A stretch of 64,000 nt of DNA from Octopus bimaculoides (taxonomy: Eukaryota), in NCBI RefSeq assembly GCF_001194135.2, contig NC_068987.1:28535248-28599247 (forward strand). Direction: 5' to 3'. Positions 1-13,577 of this stretch are shown here, in pieces. Below the pieces are notes generated by a model that worked only from the letters and a program-made list of their open reading frames with translations, was not told the DNA's origin and made no database searches. A program made the translations under genes and the position numbers. The stretch's first letter is position 1, and every line of letters starts with the position of its first letter.

Positions 1-397
1 TATATATATTCATTGGAACTAATTCATCAGGTGCATTCATGTGTTTCTCTATGAGAGTCTCTATGTGTGTCTGTGTGTGTGTTTGTGTCCGTGTGGTTGA
101 ACAAGTGTTCATTTTATCCTTCTTGAATTTGGTAGCATATATTTTATCCTTCTTGTATTTGTGTCCATTACCAACCTTACCATTGCTTTCTTTATCCTTT
201 GATATATTTACATATACACACGCTAATACACGACTTATAATCCCCTATCCTGTTAATACAACGACTGGGGCAAAACTAGTCGGTATACAGCACTTACTCG
301 GTATTACCTGTATCCTTTTGGGTTTGATTAAATCCAATACCCTCCTCAACCTTGTACACATATATATGTATATGTGTGTATGTATGTATGTATTTGC

Positions 398-478
398 GTG
401 TTTGTGTTTGCCCACTCCCCCACCATCGCTTGACAACCGATGTCCCCGTAACTTAACACTTCGGCAAAAGTGTTCCAT
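398..478 (+). mobile_element. SINE family 1, 3' fragment
   Basis: tgtgtttgccc...catcgcttgacaaccgatg...gtaacttaacacttcggcaaaag matches the 3' half of the copy at 15607-16005. Confidence 0.7.
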
Positions 479-501
479 AAGTAAGTCCTAAGCTTACGAA
501 G

Positions 502-537
<36 letters not shown>

Positions 538-580
538 ACACAGTCATATATATACATATATATATAATATNNNNNNNNNN

Positions 581-622
<42 letters not shown>

Positions 623-1399
623 CGATTATATGTGCAAGCAAAAGTGCAGATGGCCACGCAGATATGTATCAATAAATTAAATGACTATATTTTCTAAATA
701 TTTCGACCCGTTGAATAATCATAAACACTTTCGAAGATAATCCCCAAAATCACCTAGCCGTAAAACGGCTTTGACAAGAAAGCCATCCTTAGCTAGTCAC
801 ACATGTAAACTCACTAATAAACAGTTTGAAATCTTCCATCAAAATATCTGCCATCACTATGCACTAATAAAGATAGTAATACCAACAATAACAACAGCAA
901 TAGTTATAGCAATATCAACAGCAATAATAACAACAATAGTTTCTAAATTTGACACAGCGCTGGAATTTTTAACTGGTACTTATTTTACACCTCGGCGTAA
1001 TTTGTACTCAGAACCAAGGCACGGACTATATACAAGGTGATATCTTTTCCAGCATGCTGACGACTCGGTCAGATTAACGCCTTAACAACAACAACAACAA
1101 CAACAGCAACAACAACAGCAGCAGCAGCAGCAACAATAACAGCAACAACAACAACATTAATAATAATAATAAAATAGATTAAATCTGAAGCCATCACGAA
1201 GCAGGAGATATGAATCCGCAAAAACAATGGGAGAAATGTATGGTTAATGTAAACCATGTCAGATACGCCGCCACAGACGAATAACAAAGCCCCAAACTAT
1301 GGACAGATGCTGACGGCTAAAATTAAGTTATATACGCATACTACAGTGCAGCACTCTCGAAAACATACAGGAAAACACTCAAACGGTAAGCATTCAATA

Positions 1400-2345
1400 A
1401 AATGAACAAACCTCACAACGCCTCTGTTAACTATTTTATGAAAGAAGCTTCAACACACGTCTAGAGGAGGTGTTATGTCAAAAGGTTAACGCTGTTTACC
1501 TCAGCTTGTGCAAGAGAAGATGACAGAATTGTAGGTGGAAGAAATCACAAGAGTACTAACAAAGAAAGACCAAGGAGTAAAAAAAGCCAAACAACAACAT
1601 AAACAATACAGTTCAAAACGGAGAACAACTTAAAGGAGAAATAATTATAGCACTACCGATCAGGAAGGGACAAGTTGCACCAGTGACTTCAGCAGTGGCA
1701 TAGATCAGAAGGTTTTAGATGACTTAAGGAAGCAATGAGTAAAGAAGAAAAAAAAGCGATTACCAGCATTAAATGGTACCAACAGAAGGAGGATGCTAGG
1801 TATGACTAGGAATGTAGAGTCTACTATCAGTAACAGAGATACTAAATATATAAGTGTCACTAGCTTACTGATTTATATAGGAAAGTTAGAAGAAGATTAG
1901 ATACTTCACAAGGATTAGAAGAGAGCCAATGTTGTACAGGAGTTCAAAAAATAAAGTGAAGACTTTAAAATGAGGTCTGAGTAGAATAGAAGCCTGGAAA
2001 CTGAACAAGTTAGGAAAGACAAGATTTAAATCTCTTGAGAAAAGATACTTAGTCAAAGAGAAAGAATTCGAGTTAGTCATGGAAGAGTGAAACAGCGTAT
2101 CATTACAGTAGAAAGTAAGCTTTCCAAATATCAGAAGATAATAGTTCAGTATCAACAGAATAGATTGTTTGAGAATGACAAGAATTGATTTTATAGCCAA
2201 ATAAATAGTGGGGATGAAAGTACTCAAGATGTGTTCTAGAGTTTTATATGGAATAAACCAGTCAATCATAATAGAGATGCAGCATGGTTAAAGAAAGTAA
2301 AAGAAGTAGTTAAACAGAAGCAACCAGATCTAAGATTAATTAGTG
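1400..2345 (+). mobile_element. Decayed R4/Dong-clade non-LTR retrotransposon, N-terminal ORF part upstream of RT
   Basis: Manual translation with one frameshift gives GLSRIEAWKLNKL...LEKRYLVKEKEFELVMEE/LKQRIITVESKLSKYQKIIVQYQQNRLFENDKN*FYSQIN...IWNKPVNHNRDAAWLKKVKE. This is the ELKQRI...YQQNRLFEND motif typical of R4/Dong ORFs, and the copy at 56.1 kb carries the same motif. Stops and a frameshift are present. Confidence 0.75.
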
Positions 2346-3899
2346 CATTAAAGTGGTGTGGAACTAGCTGATTACATCGACCAAAGTCCTCGACTAGGAA
2401 TTATGTTATCGACTACTTAACGGTTAAAGGCAAAGTCGTCCTCAGAATAATTAGCAAAATGCCCAAAATGTAACAGATCTGGCCTGAAGATTGCGCTCAG
2501 TTTCAATAAATGTATACGAATATATACGTTCAGTGTCATAGGTATAAATTTGTATTTGTGTGTATATATGTTTGCATGTTTAATAAGTTGATTTTAATAT
2601 CTTGTAAATTTAAGACAGACAATTTTGACATATAAAATCAACTTCGCCGACTTAAAACTCGAAACGAAAACAGATTTTTAATACTTAAATGCATAAATCA
2701 ATGGTAGCAGCCACATTTATTTATCTAAATCGTCCTTTGCCATTACTTTGTTCTACGCAATTATTGAATGCTAATCTGTAAAATCAACAAAAAGGTGAAA
2801 CAAAATAACTCAGGTATACATTTCCGTACATTTATAGATTAAATATCACTAGTCGCAAATAGTTAACGATTTCCAATAGTTTACATCTGATTTATTGGCT
2901 CAATTCCTTGTATAATTTACGTGAGAATGGATTGAGTACAAGGAGATACGTTGTAAAATAACAGAAGACATTTGCACATATGTCGATTCTAGGTTTCAAT
3001 ATTTTCTGTACAACGCTTTCGGCAATTAAGTAATTGTCGTTCAATCATGATTATTGCCATCAAAGCTAAACTGGTCGTATTTTAGTTTGACAACTCCTAA
3101 TAAACTTATGATATATAACCTAGCAGAATAAATTTTCAATTGGTTACTTTTATTGCAATTCTCACTGTATGTAATAAGGACAATCGATTTTATAGAGAAT
3201 TTAAAACAAAAGCTTTTATGATTTGGAAAATCGATTAGGAATTGTTAAATGTTTCGTCCTCAATGGATAAAATGTTACATTTTTAAAGTCACATCAGTTA
3301 AGTGAAATTACGTTCAAGAATTCTTTGGAATAAATCTTCCACAAGTTTACAGTTGGGGAAAAATTTCATATATGTCTAAGGTAACTGTTTTGAGAATTCA
3401 TTACATATTACTTGTTATCGTTCAACCACGGTAGTGGCTGAATATATTCTAAAGTTCACCATTACGTTAATCGTAGCAGCTTCCAAGCTTCACCACTAAT
3501 TCAGTTCTTAACTAAATTGAAAACTGTTAGTAGTTTTAAAGAGGACACCTGCTCAGTTACACTTTAGCATAAATAGTTTGAGATTTGGTTCAGTAGAAAA
3601 AAAAGTTCCATCAAAATATCTGCAACCTCAAGGGGAGCAGTAAGGCAGATATTCATCTTCAATTAGCATAATTTTTTTTTAATTCTAAATTAAAGGTATA
3701 CCTTTCTTAAGCTGAAAAATGATAGAAAAATCCATGAGGAATTTGGATTCGCTCCTCGCATGGAACCAAAATTAGTTGAAAATGAGTTATGAAGTAAAAT
3801 GTTATGAAGTAAAATGTTACGAAGTAAGGAAGTAATTGAATAATGCTGCAGCAATAAGAATAAAGAATATATTTCTTAAATGAATGCTTACTTTCTAAG

Positions 3900-4019
3900 A
3901 CGGCGCGCTGACGGAAACGTTAGCGGGCCTGGCGAAATACCTGGCGGTATTTCGTCTGCCGTTACGTTCTGAGTTCTAATTCCGCCGAGGTCGACTTTGC
4001 TTTTCATCCTTTCTAGGTC
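3900..4019 (+). mobile_element. SINE family 2 (tRNA-like head plus gtcgactttgcctttcatcctttcggggtcgataaa core), truncated
   Basis: ggcgcgctgacggaaacgttagc...gttctgagttctaattccgccgaggtcgactttgcttttcatcc matches the copy at 34838-35059. Confidence 0.85.
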
Positions 4020-4274
4020 TATTCTGTTAGACGTACAGATTATTCAATTGAGTTCTTTTTTTTTTAACTAAACACTTTCAAACTTCCGATACTGGTAGAA
4101 TGTCGCACATAGAACAGGGTTTACTCTTAACGTTTTTGACAAAATTTTGTATTTTAGAATTTATTTTGTCAGAAGTCACAGACTAACAATGGACAAATTC
4201 GTGTCCGATAAGTGCCAATACACGAAACTCTCTTACTTCTGCCGATGATATATATGCATATTACATATATGTGT

Positions 4275-4490
4275 AAACAAATATCATCACGCAATCGAAC
4301 CAATGAAAGAGCCTGTATCTGGTCACTCGACACGCTAAAAATAGCAGCCAAAGTAATCCCTATCTAAATCACACGCCCATTGTATGTAATGTCCTAGATT
4401 ATCCCTAAAAAGACGGTTTGCTGAAGGCTGGAATCTCTTTGATGATACGTATGCAGTATCAGGGTTTATTTGAGGCTGAATAACAACATT
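4275..4490. repeat. Dispersed repeat fragment (family 4), with a related opposite-orientation fragment at about 6133-6270
   Basis: ggtcactcgac..ctaaaaatagcagccaaa...aaatcacac also recurs as ctcagaaatagcagctaaa near 33247. I recall this as a common octopus repeat but did not verify it. Confidence 0.5.
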
Positions 4491-6655
4491 ATGGTCAATT
4501 TCTATATTAACACCAGCACGATTTTCGCTAAGAAAACAAAAATTTTATTTTTTGCATGGAATCAAGAACCCTGACCTCCTAATATCCGTTATTTTGGTTC
4601 GGAAAAAAAATTATGTGTGGAGGTTCCCCATCCAAATCGCGGAATCATTGGAATTTTTTTTCGTTGAATGATTCCTGTGACCTCTTAATATTGCAAAACT
4701 AGGTTACTTAAGATGAGCCTGGTAACTGATGGTTTGAGGTCTTGTTATTTGTAACTTTTGGTGAGCCATTGCGCAACCAACAGCATGGTAAAAATCCCCG
4801 CCATTAATTTGGTGCGGATGGGTAATATCAGATAATTCAATCACAAAATATATTTAAATTAAACACGAAAAAATTGAAATATCATCACTTACATGAAAAA
4901 ATTGAAATATTATCTTTCAGTATTTTATAAAGTAAAATCTTAAATTATCAATTGACACATTATTAATTATCTTATAACAGCAATGCCTGGAAAATCATGG
5001 ATTACTTAGAAAATGCGAGCATGAAAAGTCATATTCTTAAGATTATAAACCTGGAAAAGTACAGGATAAGTTACCTGTAATAGTATAGTACAAACTATTA
5101 CTTCTTGTAAAGTAACGAATAATAAACTTTTTTATTTAAAACATTGCAGTTAAGATTAAAATTTGAATATCAACACTCATTGTAGTATAGTTTACAAGTA
5201 ACACTATACTTATTTAAGTAGAATTTAGCTAATTTACTACCTTAAATACTGAAAAAGCGACTAATTAGACAAACTTACAAATTAGCTGAAAGCTTTGTAC
5301 AATAAATTTAAAAGATGAGAAGACATAAAAATATATTGGAATTTGAAACAAGCCAACCTCTAATATTATCCTTTTCTTCTTTGTGAATGTGCAGATATTC
5401 CTACCATTTATAACCATCACGTAACAATTTTTGTCTTTTCATGATCTCATTTCTACGTACTGTTCTTTTCTAATTAGTCTATTTTGACATGCAACATTCT
5501 TAATTTTTTGTAGAGATCTGAAACTTAATTTATCTATCCAAGTGAAATAAGAACATGTTTACAGCTTGAGTTTCAAAGTGCTTCGTTTTATATTACATCA
5601 TTGAATTCGAATTAGTCACAAAGAAGAATAGATACCAGATTAATTTGGAACTATTTTAGACAAGATTGTTCCCACAGAGAAAGTTCACCTTAACAAAAAT
5701 CTGGCCCTTGGCACTAACTACATGTTGGTATTACGAACATTATTTAAACTTGTTTATAGCAACATGTAATTAATTCCGAAAAGTTTTCTAATAGCATGAG
5801 ATTATTTTAGTTCATGAACTTTCAGTCGATAAGTGGGATTTTCTCGATTAAATGATTTGTATATAATCGAATTTTATAGTAACGTAACAGGGTGCAGCTG
5901 ATTTTCTAACATATTGGTGTCTTTTTTTAGTGCATAAAAATTCTACAGTCTAAAGTATGTACTATATTACATATTTTCGGAAAATTATTTACCTTATAGA
6001 AAATACATTAATTTATTTTGAAACGGAAGATTTGACCAAGGTGTATACTTCTAACCAAACTACATCAATATATTGCAAAACTTTCATATAGGATAATTTT
6101 CAAAAGCTGTTTCCAATTACGAAAAATAAACATTTGTTGCTGTCGTTGTTTAGCCTTGGATCAGCACGCATCAACCTGATCTATAACCAGAGGCTTTTAA
6201 CTCGATATTATCAGTTTGCTTGTATTCAGATGTAGTGTATCTAGGATTATATTGTCGAGAAATACGTTTTCAAAACAACTGCATATCATTCGACACACAT
6301 TTTTTAGTATGTATTTGGTTTTGTAACTATTTACTTGCAAACAAAGATATATATTTCAATTAATCCCTAAATATTCTGAATATTGAAAATGATAATATTA
6401 ACTCTTACTTGATAATGAAATTTTGAAAAGCAAATGCCTTTCAATTTTTATAATTTGCTAAATTATAACTTTGAAACCGATAAATTACTCCGTCTGTCTG
6501 AATTACAAGTCATTGCGTAATAACACTTAGAAGAGACGAAAAGGTTACCTGTCCGTTTTCAAACAGGTATAATTTTGAAAACATGTTAAGTATTGTTCAA
6601 GGTTCATTTACTTAAATAAGTGTAGTTATATATATGTGTATGTGTGTGTGTGTGA

Positions 6656-6691
<36 letters not shown>

Positions 6692-7020
6692 GTGCGTGTG
6701 TGCGTGTGTATGTACGGGGTTTTGTGCTTCTATGTGTTTGTGTTGTACATCAAATGCAATTATACCATTATATTCTAATGTCAATTCAGAGTACAATTAA
6801 TATATAGCAGAGTCTATCCCATATGTATATTTACTCTAAATGTCATATAATTGTTTTTGAATAAGGTTTGCAAGATTTCTGTTATGCTTAATCGTGAAAT
6901 TCCCTATTCATGATCATTTATACGTTGTCCTTGCTTTTGGTTCTGTATAATCTGCCTTACTTTAAAATATTGTTTGCATATTGATTTCAGCACTGTAACA
7001 CAATATTTTCATCCTTAACA

Positions 7021-7240
7021 AGGGAGCGAGCTGGCAGAGTCGTTAGTACACCGGGAAAAATGCTTAACGGTATTTCGTTTGCCTATACGTTCTGAGTTCA
7101 AATTCCGCTGAGGTCAACTTTACCTTTCATCCTTTCGGGATCGATAAAATCAGTTGTGGTTGAGCAATGAGGTCGATGTAATCGACGTATCCTTTCCCAA
7201 AATTACTGGCCTTGTACGAAAATGTGAAATCAATATTTTA
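7021..7240 (+). mobile_element. SINE family 2
   Basis: gcgagctggcagagtcgttag...gttctgagttcaaattccgctgaggtcaactttacctttcatcctttcgggatcgataaaa, followed by a tail ending gaaatcaatattt. Confidence 0.9.
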
Positions 7241-7567
7241 AGCGTTGACTCTCATATCATATGAGCAACAGTTGACTAAATCTATCACCAAGTTTAACAC
7301 CACTATTTTGTCGCTGGATCACTACTCGGGTGTGAGAAGAAATTAATGTACGGTGGTGTGCCGTTTTATTGCAGAAGCCAATAAACAGTGACTTCTCTTC
7401 ATTCCTATCTCGGCAGTCATGTAACATTATGACAGATACTGCCCTTTGTCCTGTGACTGATTAATACGAAGTATCTTCCTGTTCTAGTTTAATCTCTCTA
7501 ACACTGAACTCACACAAGCTAACTCACACATAACATAGAAAACACTCACACAAAATAAACGGGCACA

Positions 7568-7620
<53 letters not shown>

Positions 7621-9354
7621 ATACATTATTCACTTACGTATTGGTATTACTTGCACTATTTATGATTCTGTAGTAGAAATGCACCGTATTACTGCATATG
7701 AAATATTCAAAACATGTATTTATATTTCCACTTTCCTTCGGTGTAAGATTTAATATCCTTACAATCAGAGCACTGTATTACTATATGAAATATCAATGAA
7801 AATCTTCAAACGGAGAAAATATTAATAATAATATACATATTGTGTAACGATACAAATAAAACTATCTTTATGCTGACATTGAACGTGATTAATATTTTAT
7901 CAATAATTAATACACCGTAATATTTGCTTTTCCCCCGAAGAGAATCTACACCATTTTAGGAGACTCGTTTAATAGAAATAGTAACAAAGTTTTAAAAGGT
8001 AAGATTATTTATGAAAGATTTTAAAATATTTAAATTATTTAGCTAACTGAATAAGTTAATGTGTCAGAATCCTGAAACTAAATGACTTCAAATGCAAATG
8101 TATACCTTGTGTGTTCAAGCACAAAATAAATTGGAAACTTTAGAAACAATTTAGTCTAGCATCATGGGGATTTTCGGTCAATAAGGTCGAATATTCAGGA
8201 ATTTACTACCACCAAGTTTCATTCTAGCAAACTGACATGAGTTCTCGTGACAATATGAATAAAGAGCTTCTACTCTTAACGAAATTTACATATAGTTGTC
8301 AGACAGTTTACCGGCATTTCTAGTTGTTTCCATTCCATTTCCTATGGGCACATTATAGCGCATTTCTCTTACCATCTTATTTTATATTATTTCCGTTTCT
8401 TCCCATCCATTCAAAAAGAACATTTACTAAACTATCATAATGCTAATAAATGCTTTAAACTATGCTATTTCTGTACATATTTTGCAGAACCAATATGCGA
8501 AAATGCAAGCAAAAGGAAAACAATATAAATAATATATAACATAGCGGGCAGTAGTTAATTTTACTAGAAATATATCGTAAAAAGTAGAGCGGAAGAAATT
8601 GAAAACAGTATTATATCTTAACTCTCGTGACAGCGTTTCTTTGAACAATCTGACTCCTTATTAGCTGATAGTGATTGATTCAATAAAAAAGAGAAATCTT
8701 TGGAAGCCTTCATCGCAGATTTTTCGATAAAGAAATAAGTCGCGTTTGAAGTTTGAATATATAATGTTTAAATTGCTTTTACATTCATCGCTGATAAATC
8801 TAAGCAATAAGACGTCGTGTGTTCTCCATACTTCATTTAGGTATTAGCCTAATAGTCGTTTAGATTTCTCATTATTCTAAAGCAGGCATGTTTAGTACGA
8901 AAATAAATTAGATAATCATATATGTCCAGAATATTTTGCTTTATATTTTTTCTTGCTTTTTATATTCATACTTATAGATTAAATTGAATACGTAGTTTCA
9001 TCACCTTCTACGCTAGATATGAGTTATGTAATATTTGTGTTGTAATAAGAATATTGACCGCTTCAGTATTCATTATAGATGAATTGAGCCAATTAACACG
9101 GCATATTTGATGTAATTTTTTAAAATCTTATTCCCCAATAATAGGTATAATTAAAATCAGATTACATGTAAACGTGGAAATTTCAAGCAGTAAATACAAA
9201 TCTTGTATATCCTTATTCATTTAAATATTTTTTGCAGGTAAGCTACACCAACACTGTATCAAACCTGTTTTGTGAATTAACGCTAAAACTGCTGCTGTGG
9301 TTTAAATCCATATGGTGCTCCATGTGAGCATATTTGTCTGGTATTTGGTTGTAT

Positions 9355-9619
9355 TTACTTATTTGACTGCAACCATGCTGGTGCCCCGACTTGAAAGGTT
9401 TTAGTCGAGCAAATCTTCCCTAGGGCTTATTGTTTAAGCCTGGTTCTTATTTTATCGCTCACTTGTGCCGATCTGTTAAGTTACGGGAATGTAGTAACAC
9501 TAATATCGGTTGTCAAGTGGTGGTGGTGGTGGTGGTTTTGTGGTTTAGGGACAAACATAGACACAAAGATACACACATAGATACATACGTATATAAATAT
9601 GCATACATGCGTGCGCGTC

Positions 9620-9668
<49 letters not shown>

Positions 9669-9833
9669 TTGCGATGGGCTTCTTTCAGGTACAAACTATC
9701 AAATCCAGTCACAAGGATTTGATCGGTCCGAGGCTATAATAGAAGACAGTTGTACAAGGTCCACGCAGTGTGATAAAATCCGGAACCACGTGGTTGGGAA
9801 ACATGCTCCTTAACAAACACTACGAATGAGCCT
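9355..9833 (-). mobile_element. SINE family 1 (tRNA-like head, internal TA/CA microsatellite)
   Basis: Colinear with the copies at 14311-14724 and 43221-43624; diverged. Confidence 0.9.
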
Positions 9834-10640
9834 TTATTTCATTTATTGTTATAAGTGTAACTAGGGTAACACTATTGTAGAAGTTGTAAAAGAGTATGTG
9901 TATGAAATAATATCAATATTGTAATTAAACATATAGTTGATTGGCAAAAAAATACACATAAGCTTCATTTAGAAGAGACTTCAGCAACTTGAAATACGAT
10001 GGGGTCAGAGACGTTTCGTCATTCTTAAAGCTTATCCGAAATGAACTCTCCATATTTCCTGTAATAACCAAAAGAAAATAGTTTAAGCCTACTTATGAAG
10101 GAGTTTTATCTTCATAGCATATCTCAATATATATTTAACACTATGGTATATGAGTCACTACACGCACACAAACACACACACACACACACACACATACACA
10201 CACACACACAAACACACACACGCACACATAAACATATAGACATACAAGCATAAATACACGCACTCACATACCCATAACATTCATTGCATTACTTTAATGT
10301 CCTGCTGTTAAATGTGTGTCATTACGTAAATTCGTTGTGTTGTTCATAATACGTTCAAATTTATCAATAAATAGTAACACGCTACTATCTCTCAACGGTT
10401 TGCAAGACAGAGATAAGCTTTCCAGGATTCGCCTCATGAAAGACATAGCTAGTTGTCAGTTAGATTCTTATTCCATGTTGCTAAAAATCAATTTGTTTTA
10501 ACCGCAGGGTATTAGTTCACAGTGAGATGATATATAAGTTAAATGAATAACAAGAGTGCTATACATATATATGCGTTTGTATGTATATGTATATTTATAT
10601 CTCCCTATATATATATGCATAAATATAGGTGTGTGTACAT

Positions 10641-10798
10641 ACAGGCGTGGGCATGTTGTAAGAAGCTGGCCTCCAAACCTCATGGTTCCGAGTTCAGACC
10701 CACTGCGTGACACATTCGGTAATTGTTTTCTGCTATAGCATCAGGTCGACCACAACCTTGTGAGTTGATATAGTAGACAGAAACTGAAAGAAGCCTGT

Positions 10799-10835
<37 letters not shown>

Positions 10836-11025
10836 ATTTGTGTCAGTGTTTGTCACTTACCACCCATTGACAACTGCTGCTGCTGCGTTTACGTCCCAGT
10901 AACTTAGTGGTTCAACAAATTAAATACTAGGCTTTAAAAAATTCAGGTGTTCGTTTATTCGACTTAAATCTCTCCAAGGCGGTGTTCCAGCATGGTCTCA
11001 GTCTAATGACAGGAACATGCAAGAA
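10641..11025 (+). mobile_element. SINE family 1
   Basis: Head aggcgtgggc...ggttccgagttcagacccactgcgtg, internal (TG)n, tail ggcggtgttccagcatggtctcagtc. Confidence 0.9.
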
Positions 11026-11620
11026 TATAATATAATATGAAATAACATGATATAGTNNNNNNNNNNNNNNNNNNNNNNNNNNNNNNNNNNNNNNNNNNNN
11101 NNNNNNNNNNNNNNNNNNNNNNNNNNNNNNNNNNNNNNNNNNNNNNNNNNNNNNNNNNNNNNNNNNNNNNNNNNNNNNNNNNNNNNNNNNNNNNNNNNNN
11201 NNNNNNNNNNNNNNNNNNNNNNNNNNNNNNNNNNNNNNNNNNNNNNNNNNNNNNNNNNNNNNNNNNNNNNNNNNNNNNNNNNNNNNNNNNNNNNNNNNNN
11301 NNNNNNNNNNNNNNNNNNNNNNNNNNNNNNNNNNNNNNNNNNNNNNNNNNNNNNNNNNNNNNNNNNNNNNNNNNNNNNNNNNNNNNNNNNNNNNNNNNNN
11401 NNNNNNNNNNNNNNNNNNNNNNNNNNNNNNNNNNNNNNNNNNNNNNNNNNNNNNNNNNNNNNNNNNNNNNNNNNNNNNNNNNNNNNNNNNNNNNNNNNNN
11501 NNNNNNNNNNNNNNNNNNNNNNNNNNNNNNNNNNNNNNNNNNNNNNNNNNNNNNNNNNNNNNNNNNNNNNNNNNNNNNNNNNNNNNNNNNNNATATATAT
11601 ATATATATATACTTACATAC

Positions 11621-11952
11621 ATAGGCGCAGGCATGGGTGTGTGGTAGGTGACAAACACAAACACAGTGACACGCACATGCACACACACACACACACACAC
11701 ATACGAAGGGCTTCTTTTAATTTCCATCTACCAAATCAAGTCACAAGGATGTGGTCATGATTGTTCCCCCCTCGTCACTTGACATTCGATCCTGGTGTGT
11801 TTACGTCTCCGTAACATTGCAGTTCAGCATAATAAACTGATTAAATAATAGGCTTACACAGGAAAAGTACTGGGCTTGATGTCTTCTACTGTAAAAGCGT
11901 TAAAGGAGGTGCTCCGGCATGACCGCAGCCAAATGACTGAAGCAAGGAAAAG
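11621..11952 (+). mobile_element. SINE family 1, rearranged copy with an internal inversion
   Basis: Head (11621-11648) and tail (11762-11952) are in + orientation; the middle (about 11649-11756) is the reverse complement of the consensus middle. Confidence 0.75.
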
Positions 11953-12697
11953 TGTAACATATATATATATATATCTCCTTTCTCCCCTCCCCATTTTCAC
12001 ACATTCATACGTCAAGATCACCAGCATTCTCTCTCTCTCTCTCTCATACACACACACACAGCTCCTCGTTCTTCGATCACCGTTCTTTCTCCCCCCCCCT
12101 TGTTATCTCCCCCTTTTCTTAGCTCTCCTGTGTAAACTTTCTAATTTCCGGTCAACAGAAGCCATGACAGTAGTCATGATAGACCGTTNNNNNNNNNNNN
12201 NNNNNNNNNNNNNNNNNNNNNNNNNNNNNNNNNNNNNNNNNNNNNNNNNNNNNNNNNNNNNNNNNNNNNNNNNNNNNNNNNNNNNNNNNNNNNNNNNNNN
12301 NNNNNNNNNNNNNNNNNNNNNNNNNNNNNNNNNNNNNNNNNNNNNNNNNNNNNNNNNNNNNNNNNNNNNNNNNNNNNNNNNNNNNNNNNNNNNNNNNNNN
12401 NNNNNNNNNNNNNNNNNNNNNNNNNNNNNNNNNNNNNNNNNNNNNNNNNNNNNNNNNNNNNNNNNNNNNNNNNNNNNNNNNNNNNNNNNNNNNNNNNNNN
12501 NNNNNNNNNNNNNNNNNNNNNNNNNNNNNNNNNNNNNNNNNNNNNNNNNNNNNNNNNNNNNNNNNNNNNNNNNNNNNNNNNNNNNNNNNNNNNNNNNNNN
12601 NNNNNNNNNNNNNNNNNNNNNNNNNNNNNNNNNNNNNNNNNNNNNNNNNNNNNNNNNNNNNNNNNNNNNNNNNNNNNNNNNNNNNNNNNNNNNNNNN

Positions 12698-13050
12698 AAA
12701 AACAAATGAAAACTAACCATTCGAAGTTAATCATAGACGCGTTTCTGGATTATGAGCGATAATACTCAATTTCCTTCATCGGTATGATATTCTAGTAGTA
12801 AATTCGAGTATGCTAGCAAACTGTGCATGCATGAACGAGTGAACATTCATGCATCGGCACAACCTGAAAGCACAACCGAACCTACATCAGCCAGCCAGTC
12901 CACTACTTCTTCCTGAAGAAATTACCATGCGCGTCACAAGCAATACCGCAGAAAATTTGCGGTTTACTATCAGGGAGTGAATAATTATTACAATTAAAAG
13001 GGTAAAGGTTTATCAATTTATTAATTTATTAATAAATCAACAATTAATAT
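12698..13050 (-). mobile_element. Hammerhead-bearing ~350-bp repeat (family A), probably a PLE terminal repeat or a non-autonomous derivative
   Basis: Colinear with 33322-33665, sharing atcatagacgcgt, ccagccagt and aattaccatg.gcgtcacaag.aataccgcag...ggtttactat..gggagtgaataattattaca. Confidence 0.75.
12730..12788 (-). ncRNA. Minimal type-I hammerhead ribozyme motif (U4C core variant)
   Basis: Minus strand reads AUCAUA-CCGAUGA-AGG aaauUGAG uauuaucg CUCA uaau CC-A-GAAA-CGCG-UC-UAUGAU. Stem I is a perfect 6 bp, the cleavage triplet is GUC, and stem III is the palindrome ACGCGU. Confidence 0.7.
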
Positions 13051-13488
13051 ATATATATATATTATACTTTCACTCACAGAAACATGCTTATCTGTTCATT
13101 CGATTGATTCTGCTGTTACCTGCATCAGTTATCTCTATCCCTCTCTTTTCAAAAATGTCATCTCTATCCGCATCTAATTATAAACAAAACGCCCTACACT
13201 TTTTCAAGAAACAACACTGAATGGTGTGTAAAAAATCCGACGTTGAAAACTTTAAAAATTATGTTATGTGTAAGGAAAGACGCACAACTAGAATATACTA
13301 TATAATTGTGTATAGTGGGTGTCTATCCTTTTTCTTTCAAAACTATACATCCAAGATATTTCGACATCTCATAAAATCATATGCAGCTGTAACGCATACG
13401 CATACTGCCAATATCCGTCAGACACGGAAAATTACTACTGAAATCTTTATCAACCAACCAGAAATCTGCTTGGATAAATATTGACTTA

Positions 13489-13577
13489 CGATACCTCATA
13501 CCAAATTCACCGCTTTCTTTGTTACCGGCAGCATTGGAAACTTTCGAACAGAGCACACCATCACATAGAATTAATCA
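13489..13577 (-). other. Candidate exon, probably non-coding or UTR
   Basis: Acceptor tttctgtttataacag and donor TATC|gtaagt. All three frames hit a stop near the start; ATG AGG TAT C lies at the 3' end. Confidence 0.25.

Noticed and set aside
1-40. Minus-strand gcacCTGATGAattagttccaatGAAT, hammerhead-like
   Set aside because: Stem II is weak, GAAT replaces GAAA, and the rest runs into (TA)n at the window edge, so it cannot be assessed.
2700-2775. Minus-strand acceptor followed by LAFNNCVEQSNGKGRFR*, and + 9239 GKLHQHCIKPVL*
   Set aside because: Each is a single splice signal with a short peptide and no partner exon or homology, too weak to call.
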